DNA of 63,420 nt, the filler included, from Octopus bimaculoides (taxonomy: Eukaryota): assembly GCF_001194135.2 (NCBI RefSeq). It is 7 parts of 7 records of this genome, joined end to end, with 100 filler letters (N's around TTAATTAATTAA, not from the genome) between each part and the next. Parts side by side here need not be neighbours in the genome. Positions count along the whole stretch, not along the records: positions 44,801 to 52,289 come from NC_069003.1; positions 52,390 to 57,932 come from NC_068982.1; positions 58,033 to 62,152 come from NW_026353831.1; positions 62,253 to 63,420 come from NW_026428294.1; 3 more parts are not named here. One strand, written 5' to 3'. The notes under the pieces are model-generated. The model searched no databases. It was given only the letters and a program-made list of their open reading frames with translations, and was not told the DNA's origin. This document shows positions 51,740-63,420 of the stretch, piece after piece. The first letter of the stretch is position 1; each line of letters opens with the position of its first letter. The position numbers were made by a program, and so were the translations under genes.

Positions 51740-52200
51740 TGTATATGTCGTCTTGCAAACAGCTCGCACATGCAAGTGCAACCAGTCGAGAACTCCGCAT
51801 ACCGGAAGCCAGCAAGTGTATGGGGTCATCAGGAGAGAATGCGCGCCGTTTCGGGGCCTACCTCTCGACGGCATCAATGCGTACCAGGCCCCCTCACTGA
51901 TATGAGGCTCCGCTTGCTAGATGAACTGGTTATTGAAAACAAAGCTCAATATTTCTCTAGCCATCGCTCATCTTCTCTTTTTAACCAAATCCAGTGGCTA
52001 GCCTTCTCCACTGTATTTTGTATATCGGTCATGGTGGTATTTACCTTATGATGAGTTAGGCCTAACGATAACAGCAGTCGTCTCACATTGTGTCCTACAA
52101 ACCCTCTACATCCAACTTCGATTGGAAAATGGTCCGCTTTCCAGCCTGCGTCTTCACATTTCTCGGGAGGTTTACATAACGGTCAATCTTTCGAGCCCGC
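51740..52200 (+). mobile_element. CR1/Jockey-like LINE 3' coding fragment, decayed
   Basis: LLDELVIENKAQYF...SSLFNQIQWLA and KWSA/FPACVF segments resemble the C-terminus seen at 29910-30440. Confidence 0.4.
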
Positions 52201-52389
52201 GCGGCGTCCATATTATCTTCATGAGGAACCGTTAACTCAACTAGATTTACAACTTTCCTTCTTTCACACCACATTAAAATGTCCGGTTTNNNNNNNNNNN
52301 NNNNNNNNNNNNNNNNNNNNNNNNNNNNNNNNNTTAATTAATTAANNNNNNNNNNNNNNNNNNNNNNNNNNNNNNNNNNNNNNNNNNNN

Positions 52390-52427
<38 letters not shown>

Positions 52428-52444
52428 GAGAGAGTGGGGTACAA

Positions 52445-52782
52445 GCATGGCTGCGTGGTTAAGAAGTTCATGTTGGAATGACATGGTCTAGGGTTCATTC
52501 GCAGAGTGTGGACACTGTCAGTTAATAACTTCTATTGTAGCTGCAGGTTGACCAATGCTTTGTGAATGAAATTTGGTAGATAGAAACTGAAAGAGGGTCA
52601 TATATATTTGTGTGTACCTGCATTTCCCTTGTCTTATCATGTGCATATTGCCAGTAATCAAAGAATCACTGTTCACACAAATGCTAAAGAAAGAGCATCT
52701 GGCTGTAGAAAAATCTACTTTGGCGAAGTTGTCTAATCAATGCAAGCATAAATAAGTGGATATTAAGATGATGATGATGAAG
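52445..52782 (+). mobile_element. CORE-type SINE with a (GAT)n-ending tail, strongly decayed
   Basis: atggctgcgtggttaagaag head, ttggtagatagaaactgaaag body, gcatctggctgtagaaaaatct...gatgatgatga tail. Confidence 0.65.
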
Positions 52783-53206
52783 ACAGTGACAGTGGCATCA
52801 ATGCATAGTTGTGTGTTTATGAAATTCATTTTGAAATGACATTGTTTTGTACACGTTCCTGCTGTGTAGACCTTGGGCAAGTGACTTCTGTTACAACTTC
52901 AGGCTGACCATTGTATGTGCATATGTGTATATGATTTTTATATGTACTCATTGACATTACTTATGTAAAGAACAATGTATAGATATGCTGAATGAAAATA
53001 TCTTACTTGAAAAACAGGTATCAGTTGGTGATAATAGGAAAAGCATCCAGTCACAGAAAATCTGCTTCAATAAGTTTCATTTAACTCTTGCCAACATGCA
53101 CAAATGAATGTAAAAACAATGTTGATGACAATGACATATTCATCTTAATTTATGAAGCATTGACTTTAAATGGTAATTTTATTATTTCCATGTTTTCTCT
53201 CAACAG

Positions 53207-53306
53207 ATTCCTCCAGTAATTCCAATGAGCCAAGTCCAAATGCTTCAAATGCTTCACTTAATAATTCTTCAGCATCCCCTGTTACCAAAAGACGCAGTAG
53301 TTTCCG
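53207..53306 (+). CDS. Internal coding exon of an unidentified gene (DSSSNSNEPSPNASNASLNNSSASPVTKRRSSFR), phase 1 to 2
   Basis: Acceptor ttccatgttttctctcaacag, donor CCG|gtaagt, 100 nt open frame, Ser/Pro/Asn-rich. Confidence 0.75.
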
Positions 53307-53571
53307 GTAAGTGCCATCTCCATAGTAGAGTGGTTAGTTTCCCCCTCGTTATCATTACTTGAGATTATTGTAATACTGTCTTTTTGTGTTAATGACTATA
53401 ATGAAAAAATGATATTAATCCTTCTATCTTTGTATTTTAGTGATTTCAGGGATTTTGTTTTCTATAACTAGTCACAGACTTATTGTTCTTTCAACTTGAC
53501 ATTTATTTAACCAAAATCCCATTCACAAATTACGGATAAAAAATTTTTAATTCTTTGTATGTGTGTTATGC

Positions 53572-53850
53572 GGAGGGCTGTAGCCTAGAGGTTAGGGTAT
53601 TGCATTCACAATTGCAAAGTTATGGTTTCCATTCCTGGACTGGGTGGTGCATTGTGTTCATTTCATGTTACTCTGTGATCACTTTGACATCTGACCTGTG
53701 GCGCACCATGCAATGTAGATTTAATGGAGGATGGGAGCTGATGTGCAGCGCAAGCGTTTGACCACTATAAACAAGTCATCTGTACAGGTTGTTCAGCAAG
53801 AAGTTCTGGAGCCCTTATCTGTCTTTTACAATGGGAGAATCCACAACACA
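53572..53850 (+). mobile_element. tRNA-derived SINE, decayed
   Basis: tgtagcctagaggttaggg A-box-like and ggtttccattcc B-box-like motifs. Confidence 0.55.
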
Positions 53851-55711
53851 TGAATATTTCTGGAATGGAGAATGGGTTAGAAATATTGTTAATCAGGCAC
53901 CAAAGTCCTTTTGTACATCCAGGAAATAGAGGTAGCTGTTATAATGTAGATATATGATGTTGTCTTTGAACTTTGGTGAAAAAGATGTTTTGTGAAACAG
54001 TGTTCACTGTAAAGACTGACCTACTGTATGTCTATTTCAGTTTCTACTTAAAAACAGCATTTTATCTGATTTATCTCAGTAATATCTTTCAGAAAAGCAG
54101 GAGTCCTCCCTTGAGGTTGTTAGTGAAAAGACAACATTTTGATATTGGGTGGAAGAATCAGAGTTGATCTCTGATGATTGGGTGGAAAAACCAAAATTGT
54201 TCTTCGATAATTCAGCAAATTGTCAGGAAAGGAGCAATAAATACACTACAATCTTAGGCTTTTTTACTTTTGCCTATTGTATTATCACTGTAGTGGTACC
54301 CTTTCATTCTGCCGAACTAGCAAGCTGCATACTACTAACACCCCATCTCTTCCTCTCATCACCTACATTGTGTCCCTTTCTCAAGTGTTACATTAACTGC
54401 TTTATCTTGTCCTGTCCTACACTCTCAATGTCAACTCACTGAAATTCCCTCCTCACCTATGTTTTACCTGCAGGCATCAACTTTATGATGTTCAAGCTGA
54501 ATATCAGTTTTGTTGAGTCATGGAGGGCCTGATAAGATATTGAACACTGGTATTAATCTCTAAATTGCAGAGAATACTACACTCTATTTTGTTCACTACA
54601 CACACTTGTGGGATTGACTTTAAAATATTCACTGGTTCAATATCTATCAGTGGTTATTAGTCATATAGACATATTCAAAACTATATAGGACATCATTGCT
54701 AATCCCCTTTACATAAAAGACTGAACAATACTTAACCTGGACATAACATCATTTTTGAATCCTTCTGGTCTCTCTGGCTACAAAATTCCATTATCACGTT
54801 CAAACACCACATACAACCTTTTCATCCCTTCCCACCCCACACCCCACATACATTTGTAAAACATTCTTGCTGGATGAATTAATGGTTCCTATGATTTCCA
54901 TTTTTAATATTAAGCTTATTTTTCATCTGAGAAAAATTATAAGTAACCATGTTCATTTTCTCCTTCCCTTTCTTTTATCTTTCATCAATCCCATCCTCAT
55001 CATCACTAACATTTAAAAAGAATTCTTTAAGAATTGAAAGTTAATAAAACAAATTTTGCTAATAGTTTGGTGAGATCCCTCCTTCAGGATTCCATGTATT
55101 TTCTTACAGCTGATATACCACTTCATATATTCATCTCTTTGTTTCATGGCTACCGGAATTAATTCTGTATATTTAAAAGTAATTCAACAGCACTAGAAGG
55201 AAATACTTATGAAACTAAGAAAATTTAAAACATTAGAGCCCCAATGAATTTACCTTATTTAAAGATGCAAAAATTAGCCCAGTCTCTTAAAGAAGAGGAT
55301 TAGAGTTAATTGAATAAAAGATCTATAATTTGAAATCCTGAATAGAAACTTGAAAACAAAACTGTAGTTGAGAGATGAAGCATTACTGATATCCTCCCAT
55401 CTTTATTTTATTATCTACCTATTTTACAGTTATAAAATTTTATCACACTTTTACTCAAACACAGGTCACATTTTTCCAAAGTTCCTGTTTAGAATATTAA
55501 CCAATTTTATGTACTTTTTTTTTTTTTACTATTAACCAAATTGGAAAGAAGTGTGGAATTACACATGAAACAAATGAAAATATATTTCTAATATATATCA
55601 CCTGTATATAAAAGAATATCATAGAAAGCTCAATTGTTTTCTTTTAATTTTTGGCATGCCATTTTTCCCATATATATATATTTTCAAACTTGGTCATTAT
55701 TCATTAAATAG

Positions 55712-55762
55712 GATGCCAAAATTCAAAACCAGGACCATGCCTACTTCAGCAAAACCGACAAG
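55712..55762 (+). CDS. Internal coding exon (MPKFKTRTMPTSAKPT), phase 2 to 2, following 53207-53306
   Basis: Acceptor cattattcattaaatag, donor AAG|gtatga, 51 nt. The junction CG+G gives Arg and keeps the frame open. Confidence 0.65.
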
Positions 55763-56565
55763 GTATGAAAATAAATTTATCATATTAAAAACAGGATATG
55801 ACTAGTCTAGCTTCCAAGAGTGGTAAAGATCCTCCTTATAGATTTTCAGCCCAACACAAGTGAAGGATCTCAATGCTTGCACCACTCCACACATCAGCAA
55901 AGTGCACTTAGAGTTCTTTTCTCATTCTTAACAATCAGCAAAAGGGGAATGTCATTAAATGGTTTTCAAACTAGTCATTGCATGGCAACTCTCTTGCAGA
56001 AATCCCACTCAAAGGAAATAATATCTAACAAACTGCTTGCTTTCTAAGTGTCTTTTAAATAATTTCTTTCTTTTTAAATTTCATATCTGCTAAACTTTAT
56101 ATTTGTTTCAGTGTTTGCATGTTGACAATCAAATAGAGCTTTTCTTTTTCATTTTGTTTTACCCAATTATAGTAATACTCTATGGCTTTTTGTAATTTTA
56201 CTCAAATTCATATCTAAACCAGCATCCACAATCACTGCAGTAAATTGATAGAAAAATCTACAAATAAAGTATATGTACTTTGATAAAAACCAGTTTGCCA
56301 GGATGAGAGATACATATCTTGTGGGCTTTTCATTTTAGAAATATTATTCCAGCCATCTTAGAATCTGTTTATCACAACATTCTCTGTATTTTCATTGAAA
56401 TTATTACCAACACATAAGCAATACTTTACTTTTCTGTTTCATTGTCAAGTAGTTTTAGAATGGTTTAATTGTTTTAAAAGCATGTTTAAGCTTTAATCTG
56501 CTGCAGTTTTTTTAAACATTGGCTCAACAGTTTTTTGTTTTATTTCTGCCTGTTTATTATTGTTA

Positions 56566-56615
<50 letters not shown>

Positions 56616-57471
56616 TTTATGCTTTATTATTGTTGTACTAGTTTTTATTACTTTTACATTATTATATTTAACATTTCAGTTTTGCTTATGAAATCTGATT
56701 AACCCCCTAGTTAAATTTAAGCATAGACTTGAGTGGTGCTGGTCAGCTCTCCTTGAACAGACCTGAACTTAGTGTTTAAATCTGATGTCTGTCCCCAGCA
56801 GTACCAATTACAAACACAGTGTAGCATAACTATGACTCGGGTTCTTATAAACTCAACTGATAAATTCATTTTGTAACTGAATATACAGCAATTCTGTCTT
56901 TGGTAGCACCCACATACATATTACACAACTTGGAATCAACAAAAGACCACAGTTTATGCTGGTTGATATTATTGAGAGAATAAGCAGCTCTGTACATATT
57001 TCATCATCATAATCATTATCAATATCAACAAAAATGAGACAACACACACATAAACACGCACACAGTATTGAACATTAGTATCTATCTCATCCTCATACAT
57101 TTAATTTCATATTCTAAATTTTATTATTCTTCTGCCTTTGAAATGTTTTGAATTAAATGCAGCTATTTAGTGTGTGTACCATTGAGACAACTATATATTT
57201 CCGTTTCTTAACAAATATCTTTTTGTGTTATCATCACCATCAATATCTAGAATAAATTCTTGAAAACTTTTCCATATGCATTAGATGAAATTTAGTGAAG
57301 TAGATTTTTATCTACCACTTTTTACATGTCACCAACTCTCACCTTTTCCAAGCCAGGTGGTATTTCCCCTAGTCTGAATTTTTTTTCTTCATGGTGACAT
57401 TTGTTGACTATTAGCAGGTAAGTCAGACCGAGGGTGCACACATGTACACACACACACAAACACACACATTT

Positions 57472-57570
57472 TTAGTTTCTGTCTACTAAATTCACTCATT
57501 AGGCTTTGGTTGACTTGGAACCAACTTGCTCAAGTTGCTGCACAGTCAGATTGAACTTGAAACCATGACT
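57472..57570 (-). mobile_element. CORE-type SINE fragment, decayed
   Basis: The reverse complement reads ggtttcaagttcaatctgactgtgcagcaacttgagcaag...gagtgaatttagtagacagaaact. Confidence 0.55.
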
Positions 57571-57626
57571 ATACATGTTAGAAGGGGAAAAAAAATTTTA
57601 TTGCAGAAAATATCAGAGAAACAGTT

Positions 57627-57932
57627 GTGGCTGTGTGGTAAGTAGCTTGCTTACCAACCACATGGTTCCAGGTTCAGTCCCACTGCGTGGCACCTTGGGC
57701 AAGTGTCTTCTACTATAGCCTCGGGCTGACCAGAGCCTTGTGAGTGGATATGGTAGACAGAAATTGAAAGAAGCCCGTTGTATATATGTATATATACTTG
57801 TTTGTGTGTCTGTGTTTGTCCCCCCAACATCACTTGACAACCGATGCTGGTGTGTTTACGTCCCCGTAACTTGGTGGTTTGGCAAAAGAGACTGATAGAA
57901 TAAGTACTAAGCTTACAAAGAATATGTCTTGG
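57627..57932 (+). mobile_element. CORE-type tRNA SINE (octopus OR-like), running into a gap
   Basis: tggctgtgtggtaag head, ggttcagtcccac B-box, CORE-like ccttgggcaagtgtcttc at 57693-57710. Confidence 0.85.
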
Positions 57933-58538
57933 NNNNNNNNNNNNNNNNNNNNNNNNNNNNNNNNNNNNNNNNNNNNTTAATTAATTAANNNNNNNNNNNN
58001 NNNNNNNNNNNNNNNNNNNNNNNNNNNNNNNNATATATGTATATATATATATTCTTGTCATTTGCGCATTGGTGAGTTCGTATATATTTGTGAATATGGT
58101 TGTGTGTATGTATGTGTATATGTGTGTGCACGCGTGTGTGCTTAAGTGTATACGCGCTGGTGTCTTTTGATGTAAATATGCACATGCCCATATATGCACA
58201 TGCAGATATGACATTGTTATTGTGCATACACTCATCGGCAAGTGTTCTTTCGATGTAGTTCCTGTCTGCATTTGTACACTTAAATGTGTCAGCAATATAT
58301 CTCTGCTGACACTTCAAAACGCAAACAGCCATCTCTTCGTTTCTCTCTCTCTCTCTATCTTCCCATACTCTCTCTATTTCTCTGTCTCTCTCGCTATAAA
58401 TAAACATATATATATATGTATATTTATATAATTATATATATATGGACATATATAATATGTTCATGTATATATTTATATATTTATTTATAATATGTACATA
58501 TACTCACATATATATTAACGGAGACTGACAATACACAC

Positions 58539-58569
<31 letters not shown>

Positions 58570-59229
58570 NNNNNNNNNNNNNNNNNNNNNNNNNNNNNNN
58601 NNNNNNNNNNNNNNNNNNNNNNNNNNNNNNNNNNNNNNNNNNNNNNNNNNNNNNNNNNNNNNNNNNNNNNNNNNNNNNNNNNNNNNNNNNNNNNNNNNNN
58701 NNNNNNNNNNNNNNNNNNNNNNNNNNNNNNNNNNNNNNNNNNNNNNNNNNNNNNNNNNNNNNNNNNNNNNNNNNNNNNNNNNNNNNNNNNNNNNNNNNNN
58801 NNNNNNNNNNNNNNNNNNNNNNNNNNNNNNNNNNNNNNNNNNNNNNNNNNNNNNNNNNNNNNNNNNNNNNNNNNNNNNNNNNNNNNNNNNNNNNNNNNNN
58901 NNNNNNNNNNNNNNNNNNNNNNNNNNNNNNNNNNNNNNNNNNNNNNNNNNNNNNNNNNNNNNNNNNNNNNNNNNNNNNNNNNNNNNNNNNNNNNNNNNNN
59001 NNNNNNNNNNNNNNNNNNNNNNNNNNNNNNNNNNNNNNNNNNNNNNNNNNNNNNNNNNNNNNNNNNNNNNNNNNNNNNNNNNNNNNNNNNNNNNNNNNNN
59101 NNNNNNNNNNNNNNNNNNNNNNNNNNNNNNNNNNNNNNNNNNNNNNNNNNNNNNNNNNNNNNNNNNNNNNNNNNNNNNNNNNNNNNNNNNNNNNNNNNNN
59201 NNNNNNNNNNNNNNNNNNNNNNNNNNNNA

Positions 59230-59386
59230 ACTTTGCTGTTCGGTAAAAGAGGCCTACAGAATAAGTACTAGGCTTACAAAGAATAAGTCCTGGGGTCGAT
59301 TTGCATGACTAAAGGCGGTGCTCCAGCATGGCCGCAATCAAATGCCTGAAACAAGTGAAAGAGTAAAAGATTAAAGAGTAAGAATA
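59230..59386 (+). mobile_element. 3' part of the CORE-type SINE with the CR1-like tail
   Basis: agaataagtactaggcttacaaagaata is shared with 57898-57925; tail ggcggtgctccagcatggccgca...ctgaaacaagtgaaagagtaaaaga. Confidence 0.8.
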
Positions 59387-59689
59387 TATGTGTGTGTGTG
59401 TGTGTGTGTTTTTGTGAGCGTAGATTGCGTATACAGACTGTGACAATTGTATCGTACAAAAGCCATTTGAATCCCATAAATAGTGAAATTCTTTTACTGA
59501 TCCGATCTTATATGGACAAAATATCGTTTTGCCAGCTTCCACAATGACTATCAACAAGCAGTTTGTAGTTCCTTATTAGCAATTTGTGTGTTTCTGTAGG
59601 CAACCCGATTTATTGCTTGTCGCTATTTATATATGTGTATGGCACTTGTGGCAAGTAAAGACATAGTAATGATCTCATAATAATAGTAA

Positions 59690-59694
59690 TAATT

Positions 59695-59782
<88 letters not shown>

Positions 59783-59970
59783 GAAGAAGGAGGAGGAGAA
59801 GAAGAAGAGAAAGAGGAAGATAAGGAGAAGAAGAAGAAAAAGAAGAAGAGAAGTGGAAGAAAAGGAGATGGAGAAGAAAAAGAAAAAGAAGAGGTGAAGA
59901 AGAAGGAGGAAGAGAAAGGGAGGAGGTGAAGCAGAAGAGGAATAATAATAACAACAACAACAACAACAAC

Positions 59971-60005
<35 letters not shown>

Positions 60006-60066
60006 GAAGAAGAAGAGTAGGGGAGGTGAAAAGTAGAGGAGGTGAAGCAGAAGTCGAAGAAGAAGA
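59690..60066. repeat. Compound trinucleotide low-complexity tract (CTA, AAT, GAA/GGA, AAC)
   Basis: Direct runs. Confidence 0.9.
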
Positions 60067-60070
60067 ATCC

Positions 60071-60196
60071 TGAAATTTGGGGGAAGGGGAATAATCAATT
60101 ACATCGACCCTAGTGTTCTTGTGGCACATTTTTTGTCACCGACCCCAAAAGGATGATTGGCAATGTCGACCCCAACGGAATTTGGATTCAGAATAG
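60071..60196 (-). mobile_element. SINE family 1, degenerate
   Basis: caattacatcgaccctag...gaccccaaaaggatga..ggcaatgtcgacc. Confidence 0.7.
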
Positions 60197-60289
60197 AAAT
60201 GAGCCAGGAGATACGTCATTTAGCAAAAGCAATATTGGCACGTCTTTTCTATTCAGGCATTAAAATGTTCGAGGGTTAGTCACCTGTGA

Positions 60290-60600
60290 AGTTGCATATG
60301 CTCAGAAGAAATAGCTTCGGGTGGTGTGTCAAGAGTGCCAGAGACAGAGGAGGTCAAAGAAATAAAGAATAAGGACGACGAAAGGAAATGGAATGGGAAA
60401 ATGGTGAGCGGACAGTTTGTGAGAGAGGTGAACAAGTATACAGATGCTGATGGAAAGTAACACTGACTAAGGAAGTGTGACATAATAAAACCGGAGACAG
60501 AATCACTCAGCTGAGCTGTAAAGGAACAAGCAGTAAGGAGAAAGAATACCAAATGCGGGTCTGATAATACAGTTGCAAGTGATAAGTCCAGGTTGTGATA
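60290..60600 (+). mobile_element. Internal R4/Dong fragment (post-RT region)
   Basis: RKWNGKMVSGQFVREV...LRKCDIIKPETESLS*AVKEQAVRR matches the R4-type W..K..HGQF...L..ETES.I.AAQEQAL segment. Confidence 0.7.
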
Positions 60601-60609
60601 TATGAAATG

Positions 60610-60715
60610 GACGGGTGCATTCCAATATATGCACCCGTCTCCACATGTGTGCCAGTTTTCACGCGAATCCACCCAGCCGTTTGGCCGTGAACCACGAGAC
60701 AAGAAAGAATACAAC
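60610..60715 (+). mobile_element. Possible Helentron-associated (DINE-1/Lep1-like) fragment with a perfect 11-bp hairpin
   Basis: gacgggtgcat/atgcacccgtc at 60610-60639, followed by tgtgccagttttcacgcgaatccacccagccgtttggccgtga. Confidence 0.3.
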
Positions 60716-60989
60716 GGTCGCTCATGTTCAATTTAGGTTATAGATATACATACACACATGTACATACACACACACACATACATACATAAGCATATATATA
60801 TTCACATTAGTATGTTTAAACATATAGGTGGGTAGATAGCTTGAAAGACAGATAAAGAGAGAGACAGAAGGAAAGAAACAAAGAGGAAGAAGAGAGTGTA
60901 TGAGTTAAATAGATAAAAAGATAGATAATAGGTAGACGGATAGACAGAGAGATAATAGATAGGGTGATACATATCTTTTTATTATAGCC

Positions 60990-61030
60990 ACACAGGGCTA
61001 GATAAATAGACAGACAGATAGACAGATAGG

Positions 61031-61078
<48 letters not shown>

Positions 61079-61095
61079 CAGTTAGATAGATAAAT
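60990..61095. repeat. (GATA)n microsatellite
   Basis: Direct run. Confidence 0.9.
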
Positions 61096-61673
61096 AGATA
61101 GACAAATAGATAGATTTAAGTACTTTCCTGAAAGAAAAGAAAAACGTAGACAAAAGCAAAAAAAAAAGAGAGCTAGCTTTCAGTTAATTGTCAATTTGGA
61201 AAGAATTCTTCGTATCCGTCAGTGCAAGATTACCTGGCCTTAATCCATATTTTAGTCCACGTACTAGAAATATAATGATGAGGTCACCAAAAAATCTCAC
61301 TTTAAATATACATATGTGCGTGCGTGCGCGAGTGTGTGTAGGTATGTGTGCATAAATATATCTATGTATGTATGTATGCATATACATATATATACATGTG
61401 TATGTATATATATATATATATATCGATATATATATAACTGGTATGTGTTCCTCACACTCATATCGTCACTTGCGTTTTTTTTTTCAAGATACTTCGACTC
61501 AAAGAACGCCGAAAGAAATACGATTTACTAATTGGATGGAATAAATTCGATATACTGAATCTACCAACAAAACATGACAAAACATATTAATAATAATAAC
61601 AACAACAACAACAACAATAATAATGATAATTAGAGAAGTAATAATAATAATAATAATAACAACAATAATACTA

Positions 61674-61722
<49 letters not shown>

Positions 61723-62369
61723 GAAATAGTTCAAAACTTAGAGAATACTTACCGTAAACAAACAACTGTTTGAAAATGGCGTTTGTTTGGAGATCAAATG
61801 AAACTTTTATGAAGTGTTTTGATAGTTTTGTTTTTAATTGAGTTTAAAAGTTTTGACTTGCAAGTATGTTCTTACGCATATTTATATGCGTGTGTGCATG
61901 TGTGCGTGTGTGTCTGTCTGTGAGTGTGTTTATGTTTGCTAAACAGAACTGGTACTGTTTACACTTTATCCCATACATAAAGAAGTTTGGTTAGCGGTTC
62001 GACAAATCGTTAGCGATCAAACAGATGGAGATGCTTGATTCGGTGGGATTCTCTAAAATACTTGTTGAGGGTAGTGCTCCGGCTTAGCCGCAGTCTAATG
62101 AATGGAAGCAAGATGAGACTAAATAGACACAGACAGACAGACAGACAGACAGNNNNNNNNNNNNNNNNNNNNNNNNNNNNNNNNNNNNNNNNNNNNTTAA
62201 TTAATTAANNNNNNNNNNNNNNNNNNNNNNNNNNNNNNNNNNNNNNNNNNNNTTGGTATTATTAACCAAATTTTAGCCTCAAAATATGGCAGCAGAGAAA
62301 TATTAAAATCATAGCCCCCAAACCATTCTTCATCTTAGAAATTTTCTCCTGCTTTAGTTGATCCTCTCA

Positions 62370-63420
62370 GACAAATTCTGGCTCAATGCGATAATGGAAG
62401 GGGGAGAAGTGAGATAGGGAAATACGAGTTAGTTCCCTTAGAATGTGATGGGGGAAGTGGACAGGGCGAGGACGAGAGCTGACAGAATCTTTTGGCGGAA
62501 TTATCTTTTTAGCACGCCATGTAATTCCTCACAACAATTTTTTTTCAAAACGAAGTTTTGCAAATATGTGTTCTACGCATGGCAGTTCATACAACTGAGA
62601 AAAACAAATTTGTGTTTAATTTTTCGATTTTGTTTTTGAAAAGCAGGTTTAAATATCGACAGTCCAAACTTTTGGTTTAAATCGCAGCAAAAGACCATTT
62701 AATGTGTTTATGGGAAGAAAGATATTGAAAAACATCAATACGCCAGAGTGAGAAACAAGGAGGGTATAAGGTGGTCGCGAGATGTGCTAAAAACAACAGC
62801 TAAATGACCCCAAGTCGCATGCAACATTCTTTCGTTTTCTGCTTTCATAAACATGAATTCTCGTGTGTGGAACACAAATTCGTAAAAATATTCAGAAAAT
62901 TCAAAAACATAGGAAAAGCTATGAGGGGTTATATGAAATGCTTAAAAAATAAATATGAACCTTGATACAGGGACTTCGATGGGGATAGGGGACAGGGGGC
63001 GATGGGAGCAGGGTGTCTGTTATGTGAGTGGTGGGGTGTATGATGGGACGAGTAGGACCAATTCCGGCCAAATCCAACGATGCAAGGGAGAGAATAAAGA
63101 TAGGACGGTAAAAGTTAGCTCCCCTAGAATGTGATGGAGGCGATGGGCAGGGGAGGGTGAAGGTTGATAGACCTTTTCAAAATTCGTTTTGGTGGAATTC
63201 TGTTTTAAGCATTCCATATCATCCTTCATAGCTTTTTTTTTTTTTATCGCTCGGGGTTTTCAGAAAAGGTTTACAAACTTGTATTCTACACACAGGAATT
63301 CATACTAAAGTGAAAAACTAATTTGTTATTAATTTTTCGACTTTTTAAATCATCTTTTAAAATACAGACAGTCCAAATTTTTGGCTTAAATCCCAGTAAT
63401 AGAGCATTAAACGTGTTTAT
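62370..63420. repeat. Diverged direct repeat (~690-710 bp period) with an inverted copy between the units
   Basis: Anchors 62429/63115 and 62658/63367. 62914-62947 is the reverse complement of 63203-63236 (30/34). Confidence 0.8.

Overview
AT-rich, microsatellite-saturated animal genomic DNA with many N gaps. The SINE families and gap style point to an octopod cephalopod draft assembly (inference from recognition, not a database search). There are no prokaryote-type features (no CRISPR, rRNA or true tRNA genes) and almost all six-frame ORFs are microsatellite or N-run artefacts. The window is mostly transposable-element debris: about 25 tRNA-derived SINE copies or fragments in several families, a 1.9-kb R4/Dong non-LTR element and two further R4 fragments, three Penelope-like (PLE) fragments including one open GIY-YIG endonuclease domain, CR1/Jockey-like and L1/Tx1-like LINE ends, a Bel/Pao RT remnant, a mariner remnant and several MITE or foldback elements. 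The best host-gene evidence is two phase-compatible + strand exons (53207-53306, 55712-55762) inside a sharply CpG-depleted contig. Weaker candidate exons suggest a - strand gene for a secreted protein. The most interesting signals are two copies of a repeat carrying a variant minimal hammerhead ribozyme fold, a second repeat family with hammerhead half-motifs and crossing helices, LINE-SINE shared 3' tails visible inside the window, a 281-bp foldback, and the CpG-depleted block bounded exactly by two artificial gap spacers. I found no clearly new biological system. All motif calls and counts were made by eye.
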